NCBI RefSeq assembly: GCF_001194135.2
Contig: NC_068985.1
Location: forward strand, 82,247,647 to 82,311,130
Direction of reading: 5' to 3'
DNA length: 63,484 bases
From: Octopus bimaculoides
Taxonomy: Eukaryota
Position numbers and translations under genes: made by a program. Under the pieces are notes generated by a model. That model did not search any database, was not told where the DNA came from, and saw only the letters and a list, made by a program, of their open reading frames with translations. Below, in pieces: positions 53,346 to 63,484 of this stretch (positions are counted from its first letter, which is position 1; every line of letters begins with the position of its first letter).

Positions 53346-53969
53346 GTAAAGAGCAAAGAAACTAAAAAAGAGACTCAAATGAATGTTCGTGTTCTTTTAA
53401 ATATTGAACTTGTAGAGAAAATAATAAGTAGAAGGAAGCATAGATTATTAGCACAAAAATTGTATAACAATTAATTCACTATGTGTGTATGAATAGATAG
53501 AGTGACAGTAAAACAGGTTGGCAGAAGTGACAGAGACCTTGTCTAAATATTTTATAGGATTTAAACTGGAAGCTATATAAGTTCAAAACCTGTCAAAGTT
53601 AATTTAGCTTCCATCATGCCTCAAAGAGAAATAATATATCATTTTTACATCATTTTCTCATTAACTGCATGGGTGGGACAAGTTTGCACCATCAAAGTGT
53701 ATATTTACTTGTCATCTTCATAAGCTTTAGCGAAATAAAATCTGACATACAATTTTTCTCTCTCTTATACACACACACATATATATCTTTCATGTGTGTG
53801 TGTGTATATATATATGATATACACACATATGTGAATCATTATCATCATTTAACGTTCGCTCTCCATGCTGCCATTTATACATATGCACATACACATACAT
53901 ATTTATACACACATATACACATCTATATACGCACAAACAAATTTGCGTATGTATAAAAAATATATACAT

Positions 53970-54048
53970 TGTGTTATATTTGTATTTTACAAGTGTTATA
54001 TTTGTATTTTACAAGTGTTATATTTGTATTTTCAAGTATTATATTTTG
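53970..54048. repeat. 22-bp minisatellite (gtgttatatttgtattttacaa) about 3.5 copies
   Basis: Directly visible. Confidence 0.9.
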
Positions 54049-54077
54049 ATGACTATGATATTTTTTTATCTTTTATT

Positions 54078-54431
54078 TTTTATTTGTTTCAGTGAGTAGA
54101 CTGTAGCCATGCAAGGGCTCTGCAATGGACAATTTTTAGTTAAATGAATTGACCCCAGTACTTTTTTTTTTAGCTTGGTACTTATTCTATAAGTCTCTTT
54201 TGCCAAACCACTAAGTTACAGGGACATAAACATACCTACATTTGTTGCCAAGCAGTGATGGGGGACAAACATACACTCATACAATGAGCTTCTTTCAGTT
54301 TCCATCTACCAAATCCGCTCACAAGGCTTTGGTCTAATAAAATACACTTTCCCAAGGTGCCACTCAGTGGGACTGAACTCAGTCATATGGCTGGGAAGCA
54401 AGCTTTATACTACACAGCTACACTTGCACCT
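54078..54431 (-). mobile_element. Near full-length CORE-like SINE
   Basis: Same modules as 15215-15594. Confidence 0.85.
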
Positions 54432-54519
54432 ATCAGTATATTGAGTTTGTAATAGTAATTATTACTCAAGTAACAATTTAGTAGTCATTAGAGATAAAAT
54501 CTCATCTAGCTGAACTTTG

Positions 54520-55086
54520 CTTTTCTTTCTTCTGAGGTCGGTAAAACAGAGTTCCAGTTACGTACTAGGGTCAGTACTATTGACCAGCCCCATCCCCTGA
54601 AAATTACTTGGCCTTGTACCTATTATTATTAGTAGTAGTAGTAATAGTAAGGCAGCAAGCAATATTTCTTCGAACTGATTGTGTTCTAAGTTCAAATTCT
54701 GCAGAGAATGACATTGCCTTTCATCCTTTCAGGGTCGATTAGATAGATACCAGTTAAGCACTGGGGGTGGGGGATCGTCATTGCAACCAACTAGACCCCA
54801 TCCTACAAAAATTTCTGGTTTCATGCTTATTGTAGAAAGAATTGTTGTTGTTGCTTTTCTTCTTCTTCTTATAAGGCAGTGAGTTGGTAGAATCGTTAGC
54901 ACGCTGGGCGAAATGCTTAGCAGTATTTTGTTTGCCACTACATTCTGAGTTCAAATTCTGCTGATGTTGACTTTACCTTTCATCTTTTCGAGGTCAATAA
55001 ATTAAGTACCAGTGAAACACTGGAGTCGATGTGATCAACTAGTCCCCTACCCCGAAATTTCAGACCTTGTGCCTGTAGTGGAAAGG

Positions 55087-55119
<33 letters not shown>
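54520..55119 (+). mobile_element. Three head-to-tail Meta-like SINE copies (the third, 54875-55119, full length)
   Basis: Repeated gttcaaattctg / ccttcatc / gtaccag / ggccttgt modules with (ATT)n tails. Confidence 0.85.
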
Positions 55120-55420
55120 TAGTAGTAGTAACAGCAGTAGCAGTAGTAGTAGTTGTATTTTCATAAATGAAAGTAACATTTGAAAATACACATTTGTGAA
55201 GAACATAACTTGCAAAGAAGACAAAAAAAAAAAAGAAAACTAATAATTTTTGCACAAAGCCACAAAATTACAAGTATAGTTAACTGAGTGAACTTTAGTA
55301 CATCACTGATACAACAGCAATGAAGACTTGAAATTCAGAGTATCATAGTATTCAGCATAGGTAGCACATGGAAATTTAGTATAACATTCTATCCAGCATT
55401 TCACTCACTCCACCAGTTAT

Positions 55421-55473
<53 letters not shown>

Positions 55474-55566
55474 GGTCAGCAATTTTTGAGGGTTAAAGTT
55501 AACCTCGGTGGAATTTGAAATCAGAGTGTGAAGAGTCAGAACAAAAACCGCTAAAGTAATTTTTGC

Positions 55567-55603
<37 letters not shown>

Positions 55604-56598
55604 TTGGTGATGACAACAATCTAGACACTAAGCCAAAATTCATGAGCAGTATATTTCGGGTATTTATCAATCCTAGAAGGACGAATGCATAATATAGAGG
55701 GATGTAACTAAGTACTGCAATATATATTCTGTTGTACTAATTTCCCCACCATACCACTTTCATAACTATGATGATGATGTTGATGATAATAATAATTATA
55801 ATAATTTCAGTAACAAATGCTATTAGTTAAAACCTATTACTCCGTTTATCATTTTCAAGTTTACTTTTACACTGATACACACACACACACACACACACAG
55901 TTGCATGCACATATCACACTGCAACCACATACATTCAAACATATGCATGTGTAAAACATATCAACATATATTTTTCGTTTCTTTCATTTTTTAAAATTTG
56001 TTATAAGGAGAGTATATAGAAAAAAGATTGTGTGTGAGCGTGTGTGTGTGTGCATGTGTGTGTGTGCATGTGTGACCGTGTTCCTCTTTAAATCCATGGA
56101 CACTGCCTGCCAAAGAGGAAACTGTCAACTTAGAACAGAACAAGGAAGCAGTGACAGCAGGCTGTTGTTATTATATCAGAACATTGGAATTGACTGCAAT
56201 GGACAGGAGGTATAACTTATTGGCTTGGGAAGGACAATAACAGCAACATCACTCAGCTATATGTCATATCAATAGCTTAATTATTGATTACGTTTCTTCA
56301 GTTTCTTTTTAGTACATTTGCTTCTTTTTCTAATGATTTTTCTTTTAGACTATTTAGTTTTACTACAACAACAACCACCACCACCACCACCACCACTATT
56401 ATTGATAGTGGTGGTGGTGGTACCTGAGATATGCAAGTGTTCAACAAGGTTAGGTATATATGATAAAGCAGTAATATTTTGATGGCTCCACTAAATTTTT
56501 CTTACAAATATGGAACTTATGAGCAGAATTATAATTGGTTTTCTAACTACATCCTGATACACAACATATGAACATCTAACACAATATATACATGTGTA

Positions 56599-56637
<39 letters not shown>

Positions 56638-56856
56638 ATATATTTATATATATATATATACACATGCACATAGACATTATATGTGGATATATGTGTGTGT
56701 GTGTACAAATATTTATACTCACATTGTGTGGATATGTATATATATATATACACACACACATGCAAATGTGTATATAAAATTATATATACATATATACATA
56801 CACCACATCTATGCATGAAACTTATTTTCATTCATATATATATATATATATATATA

Positions 56857-57250
56857 NNNNNNNNNNNNNNNNNNNNNNNNNNNNNNNNNNNNNNNNNNNN
56901 NNNNNNNNNNNNNNNNNNNNNNNNNNNNNNNNNNNNNNNNNNNNNNNNNNNNNNNNNNNNNNNNNNNNNNNNNNNNNNNNNNNNNNNNNNNNNNNNNNNN
57001 NNNNNNNNNNNNNNNNNNNNNNNNNNNNNNNNNNNNNNNNNNNNNNNNNNNNNNNNNNNNNNNNNNNNNNNNNNNNNNNNNNNNNNNNNNNNNNNNNNNN
57101 NNNNNNNNNNNNNNNNNNNNNNNNNNNNNNNNNNNNNNNNNNNNNNNNNNNNNNNNNNNNNNNNNNNNNNNNNNNNNNNNNNNNNNNNNNNNNNNNNNNN
57201 NNNNNNNNNNNNNNNNNNNNNNNNNNNNNNNNNNNNNNNNNNNNNNNNNN
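56857..57250. other. Assembly gap (N)
   Basis: Run of n. Confidence 1.
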
Positions 57251-57718
57251 ATATATATAATCACACGTAGATGGAAAAATAAATAGCCCAAGGTGGACCG
57301 ATGTTGTGTGAGTGCAATTTAGTATGGAGAAACTGCCTGAAAGTTTATTACAAAAATATTTCAACATGTGAAAGAGTATATGTCTAGGTATTTGTCTCTC
57401 ACAGTTTGAGTAACAGAATTGGTTTGTTTGTGTTCCTAAGGTTTAGTGACCCAACAAAAGAGATGAATTGCACAAATAAGAAACTTAAAAACAAATATGT
57501 TTGACAAATTGTTTCAAAGCAATATGGCTGCAGCTTAACAACTGCAGCAAGTGAAAGAATAGGAGAATATTATATATATGAATATATAAATATATATGTG
57601 CAGTTGCATGTACATTTATATGTGTATGTATACACACATATGTATGTGTGTATATATGCATATATATATATATAGAAAGAGAGAGAGAGAGCGAGCGAGA
57701 TAAATACACACACACACA

Positions 57719-57755
<37 letters not shown>

Positions 57756-58029
57756 ACACACATATATACTTACATGCATAGATATATATATATCTTTGTG
57801 TTTATATATGTATATATATCTTTATCTTATGATATTTACTTTGTATTATATTATACTATACTCATTTATTATATTATATTATATACTCATTATATACTTA
57901 TATATTATATTATATACTCATTTATTATATTATATTATACTCATTTATTGTACTTTTAATTATTAATTTTTCTATATGTGACAGTGGATTTTCATCGCTG
58001 AGTTCATGAACCTTGGTTCTTTTCCCTAA

Positions 58030-58081
<52 letters not shown>

Positions 58082-58757
58082 ACAAAGATATATATTTATA
58101 TACACACACATGTAAGCACACATACACAAAACAGTATATGAAAGAGGCTTATACCTCCTCGCAAACAAACAACAAAGCAATTATACAGTCAATCAATCAT
58201 ACATAAGATACAGGTAAATCAGAATACATCTGAGAATCTTCACTGCCTGAAACCAATTTGGCATTTAATTCTGAAATTGCCAGGATCTTGTTTCAAATCA
58301 CTACAGCCAAATGAATGTACAAGTTTTAGATGGCAAGTTGCTTATGCAAAAATGTAGTGATTGATTAGCAGATGCAATTACATGATGGCTGCTGCACTAT
58401 TATGAAGTGTGTCTGTGTGGTAGTGTTTACAGGAAAGGGGGTTTCAATGTAGTTTTAGCTTCTTTCTCTGTTAACATATGCAAGCTTCTAGTAGAGATAA
58501 CATCCAAATCAACATGTAAAGATATATGCAATATGCAAATATATACAAAAGTGAGTGTGTATGTTTGTGTCTATATGTATGTATATACATATATGTTTAT
58601 ACACACGTATACATACACATATGCAATGTGTGTGTATATATGTGCATATGTGTGTGTATATATAAATGTATGTATATATATGTGTGTGTGTGTGTGTGTA
58701 TGTATATATAAAGAAATATATATATGTACATATATCTATTTATATATATACATATAT

Positions 58758-58813
<56 letters not shown>

Positions 58814-59350
58814 NNNNNNNNNNNNNNNNNNNNNNNNNNNNNNNNNNNNNNNNNNNNNNNNNNNNNNNNNNNNNNNNNNNNNNNNNNNNNNNNNNNNNNN
58901 NNNNNNNNNNNNNNNNNNNNNNNNNNNNNNNNNNNNNNNNNNNNNNNNNNNNNNNNNNNNNNNNNNNNNNNNNNNNNNNNNNNNNNNNNNNNNNNNNNNN
59001 NNNNNNNNNNNNNNNNNNNNNNNNNNNNNNNNNNNNNNNNNNNNNNNNNNNNNNNNNNNNNNNNNNNNNNNNNNNNNNNNNNNNNNNNNNNNNNNNNNNN
59101 NNNNNNNNNNNNNNNNNNNNNNNNNNNNNNNNNNNNNNNNNNNNNNNNNNNNNNNNNNNNNNNNNNNNNNNNNNNNNNNNNNNNNNNNNNNNNNNNNNNN
59201 NNNNNNNNNNNNNNNNNNNNNNNNNNNNNNNNNNNNNNNNNNNNNNNNNNNNNNNNNNNNNNNNNNNNNNNNNNNNNNNNNNNNNNNNNNNNNNNNNNNN
59301 NNNNNNNNNNNNNNNNNNNNNNNNNNNNNNNNNNNNNNNNNNNNNNNNNN
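58814..59350. other. Assembly gap (N)
   Basis: Run of n. Confidence 1.
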
Positions 59351-59382
<32 letters not shown>

Positions 59383-59514
59383 TATCTAAACAAATTTTTA
59401 GAAACGTATGTGTATATATACTTATATACCTTTATGAGCATATATTCAAACATTTATGTGTGTATATAGATAGATAGATAAATAGACATATTTATATACA
59501 TACACACGTGTGTG

Positions 59515-59573
59515 TGTGTGTGTAGACCTCTCCCCATATATATATAATATATGGGGAGAGGTCTACACACACA
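59515..59573. repeat. Perfect 27-bp hairpin with 5-nt loop
   Basis: tgtgtgtgtagacctctccccatatat-atata-atatatggggagaggtctacacacaca. Confidence 0.95.
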
Positions 59574-59652
59574 TGTATATGTGTATGAGTGTGTGTTTTT
59601 GTCTGTATATTTCTTTGTATGTGTGTGTAACTATGTAGACTGACATACTGAA

Positions 59653-59686
<34 letters not shown>

Positions 59687-59991
59687 CATCAAAGAGACAG
59701 AGAAAACAGATAAACAGTCAGAAAGCTGAGAACACACACATGTACATGCACGCACATCAATTATCACTAATCACCTGCTTGGAGGTGACTGGTGGCCACT
59801 GTAGGCAGAAATGTGATGTGAGGCAGCTAAGACAGATAAATAATCCATGCAAGGAGAGAATATAAAACGGAGGTAGAGCAATCAAACAATCTTTTGGACA
59901 TATACCTGGAAGGGAAAAGTGCTCTTAAGATATCAATGATGCTGATGAACAAGATAATATATACATATAATGTAGATGGATATGCTTGTGC

Positions 59992-60034
<43 letters not shown>

Positions 60035-60108
60035 TGCGTATGTATATCAAAAGACATACATGCATGTTACATATATATAAGTGTACACATATATATTCAT
60101 ATATATAT

Positions 60109-60482
60109 GCACAGGTGTGGCTGTTTGCTTCCCAACCACATGGTTCCAGGTTCAGTCCCACTGCATAGCACTTTGGGCAAGTGTCTTCCACTATGGCCCT
60201 AGGCCAACCAAACACTTGTGAGTGTATTTGGCAGATGAAAGTTAAATGTGTGTGTGTGCGTGTGTGTATATATGTGTTACTGTTGCCTTGCCTTGACATC
60301 GCATGCACACAGTGACCATTGAAAACATGTCCTCTTATCCAGAAATATTACCTTACTTGGAAACAGGTGAGAGTTAGTGACATGAAAGGAACCTAGCCAA
60401 AGAAAATCTGCCTCAACAAAATCCATTCAACTCATGCAAACACGGAAAAGTGGACATTAAAACAGCAATGATGATGATGATA
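60109..60482 (+). mobile_element. CORE-like SINE with RTE-type tail
   Basis: ggttcagtcccactgcatagcactttgggcaagtgtcttcc + (GT)n + ..ggaaaagtggacattaaa..gatgatgatga. Confidence 0.85.
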
Positions 60483-60820
60483 ATTTGCAGTTGTTGGAAT
60501 GCTTATACACATTCACACATATACACACATGTGCATGCGTGCATGTGTTTGTGTGTGCGTTCAAGTCGCCTTTTTTTGATATCATGAGTTAGTAATAAAC
60601 ACACGTCACTGTTATACAAGCAGTGTCCTTTCTTGACAACAGGTCCAGCTATGGAGAAACATTACCCTGCTTGGAAACATGAATAGGTTGTTCATAGGAA
60701 GGCCACCCAGGTTTAGAAAAAAATCTGTCTCAACAAACTGTGTAATTATAATGATGGTATACATGCATTTATGTATGCATATACATACACATATATGTAT
60801 GTATATGTTTGAGTGCAGAC

Positions 60821-60852
<32 letters not shown>

Positions 60853-60891
60853 TTATTTATTTATATATTTGTCTATATCTATCTAGATATG

Positions 60892-60947
<56 letters not shown>

Positions 60948-62559
60948 AATAGAATGATATATACATATGCATACTGATCAGTATGTGTGTGTGTATTTGA
61001 CATAGTCCATTATTACATGAAGTTTCATTAATGTATATCAAACATGTCAGATGCCTTGGAATTCCAAAAGACCTGATGACTTAGACATACAGAAATTCAT
61101 GTCTACAGGATTTTGGCTATACAGGATGGAGTCATACATATATTTCCCTTCCAATGCACATGTTGTGGCCTTATTTTCATATATATATATATATTTATAT
61201 ATTTTAATATAACATGGACATATACATGTTACAAATATCCATGCACATATACATATATTCATGCATACATATATATACATAAACACAAATAATTTCATTG
61301 TTTGAATTTAAGATTTCATACATGTTTATAAGTGCCTATGTAGCTCTTTTGTGTCTGTGTGTCTATGTGTGTGTGAGGATGAAGGAGAGATACCCATGTT
61401 ACAAATTTTCATATAATTTAAATTATGAATGTTGGTGGAGCACAAAAAAGCAACAAAAAGAATTTAAACCTACATTAGCATCCTCCTGTGGTAATGTAAA
61501 ATCGTTATGACAGGAAATATCTCATTTAAAGAAAAATTCCATTATATTTAACTATATAATTTTACTTTTGTTTTATTTATCTCAAACTACAGTAAATATA
61601 AAGAGAGATATTATACACATATTTGATATCTATGAGCAAGTTTTAGATTTCATGTGTGACTATCTATGCACACAAATGCATACAGAAATCTATGTTTCTG
61701 TGGGTGAGCATGTGTGTGAGTATGAGTTTGTGTATGTTTTTCTATGTGTATGTGCATGTGTATGTTGTGCATAAGGAGAGATAAAGACAGACGGAGGAAT
61801 GGCGTGAAATAGATATGCATCAGGAATTACCCTGTGTATTGCTTTTCATAATGCTGTGGGAATATCCATCCTACTTAGATGAAGCAATAACATCTATGAA
61901 GCCTTTTTAATAACATTGCCCTAGCACAAGCAATTCTAATGACATTAAACTACTATGGAAGTGTTTAAAAAGCAATTTTTTAAAAACTAATTCTAGATGG
62001 TGTGAAGCCATACAAAGAAGTACAGGATTAAATGTTGCCTTTGTTGGAATAAAACAAATATTATACAAATGTTCTTCACTTATATGCAAATATTGTGTTC
62101 CTCATAAAAATAGATGAAAAACAAACTGAAGTGCCATCTACTAGACATACTATAACTGACCATTGATCAAACTAGTAAACTTTAGTTCAATCATAATCCT
62201 CAAAAGCATCCACTTAAAGTTATTGCATTTCTTTACAAAATAAAGCTCCTAGTGCAGGTATCACATATTGATGTATATGATTACTCTTGATGTTCAGTTA
62301 GAGAATATGTTGAATTTGCATGTTCATAGATATAACAGCTTAAATATAAAAGAGAACTGTTTCAAATGCTTCTAACATATATATGAATAATATATATTCA
62401 TGCACAAATTCATACATACATGCATATATATACACACACAGTATGTATACTTTACATATTCATAGATGGACACACACCCATATATGAATACATGCGTTTA
62501 TAAGTATGAGAAAATTTGTCTTAAGTTGTATGAAATTATATATATATATATATATATAT

Positions 62560-62560
<1 letters not shown>

Positions 62561-62595
<35 letters not shown>

Positions 62596-63045
62596 GTTTA
62601 ACGTCCGCTTTCCATGCTAGCATGGGTTGGACGATTTGACTGAGGACTGGTGAAACCAGATGGCAACACCAGGCTCCAATCTAAATTTGGCAGAGTTTCT
62701 ACAGCTGGATGCCCTTCCTAACGCCAACCACTCAGAGAGTGTAGTAGGTGCTTTTACGTGTCACCTGCACGAAGGCCAGTCAGGCGATACTGGAAACGGC
62801 CACGCTCGAAATGGTGTCTTTTATGTGCCACCCGCACAAGAGCCAGTCCAGGGGCACTGGCAACGATCTCGCTCGAAAATCCTACGGAGGCCAGTCGGGC
62901 GGTACTGGCAACGGCCACGCTCAAAATGGTGCATCTTATGTGCCACCCGCACAAGAGCCAGTCCAGGGGCACTGGCAACGATCTCACTTGGCTTGCCGGG
63001 TCTTCTCACGCACAGCACATTTCCAAAGGTCTCGGTCAGTAGTCA
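62561..63045 (-). mobile_element. Young 5'-truncated RTE element 3' end with internal 115-bp tandem duplication, (CAT)n tail in (TA)n
   Basis: Units start at 62773 and 62888; CpG-rich; tail nearly identical to 34827-34995. Confidence 0.9.
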
Positions 63046-63096
63046 TATACACACATGTGTATGTGTGTATATATACGATTATATTATGTGTATGTA

Positions 63097-63146
<50 letters not shown>

Positions 63147-63263
63147 TACAAAGTTATATATGTGAATAAGTGTGTTTCGTGGGTCATATGTGTGCATGTG
63201 TGTGTGTGCACGTGTGTATGTATGTGTGCATGTGCACATGCGTATATGTGCGTATATGTGCAA

Positions 63264-63295
<32 letters not shown>

Positions 63296-63484
63296 TAACT
63301 GATATGCATATATATATATATTAAATGATACACCTGTATATATACATATATATGCATATAAAATGATATACATATATATATATATATGTATATAAAATAA
63401 TATACACATGTATATAAAATAATATACACATGTATATATATGCATATAAAATGATATATACATATATATATATATGCATATAAG

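Noticed and set aside
61072-61118. CTGATGA..GAAA motif
   Set aside because: Stems I and III cannot form; chance match
769-63302. Most ORFs in the six-frame track (YIYI, CVCV, HTHT, ERER, poly-X)
   Set aside because: Translations of (TA)n, (GT)n, (CA)n, (AG)n microsatellites or N gaps
62660-63302. Overlapping GC-rich ORFs of 169 and 184 aa
   Set aside because: Read-through of the RTE 3' UTR tandem repeat into microsatellite
1-63484. CRISPR arrays, operons, rRNA genes
   Set aside because: Eukaryotic intronic/intergenic DNA; no repeat-spacer array or rRNA signature seen

Overview
AT-rich, microsatellite-saturated animal genomic DNA with six assembly gaps. The repeat complement points to a cephalopod, most likely Octopus (inference): tRNA-derived SINEs with CORE-like and Meta-like central domains, RTE and R4/Dong-type LINE relics, Penelope-like elements and a Tc1/mariner relic. 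No complete protein-coding gene can be reconstructed, and almost all ORFs in the supplied track are microsatellite or N-gap artefacts. A CpG-retaining island at about 43.2-45.1 kb looks like a bidirectional promoter, with a candidate minus-strand first coding exon (MDTTETQECSGVGMRNHCLPCESN) and a chain of apparently non-coding plus-strand exons. The most notable signals are ribozyme-like. One is a ~535-bp fold-back element (187-bp inverted arms) whose spacer holds a complete hammerhead core with a 93-nt insert in stem II. The other is a Penelope-like tail, present in two copies, carrying a minimal hammerhead variant with an A6U core change. No searches or folding programs were run; family names come from motif recognition.
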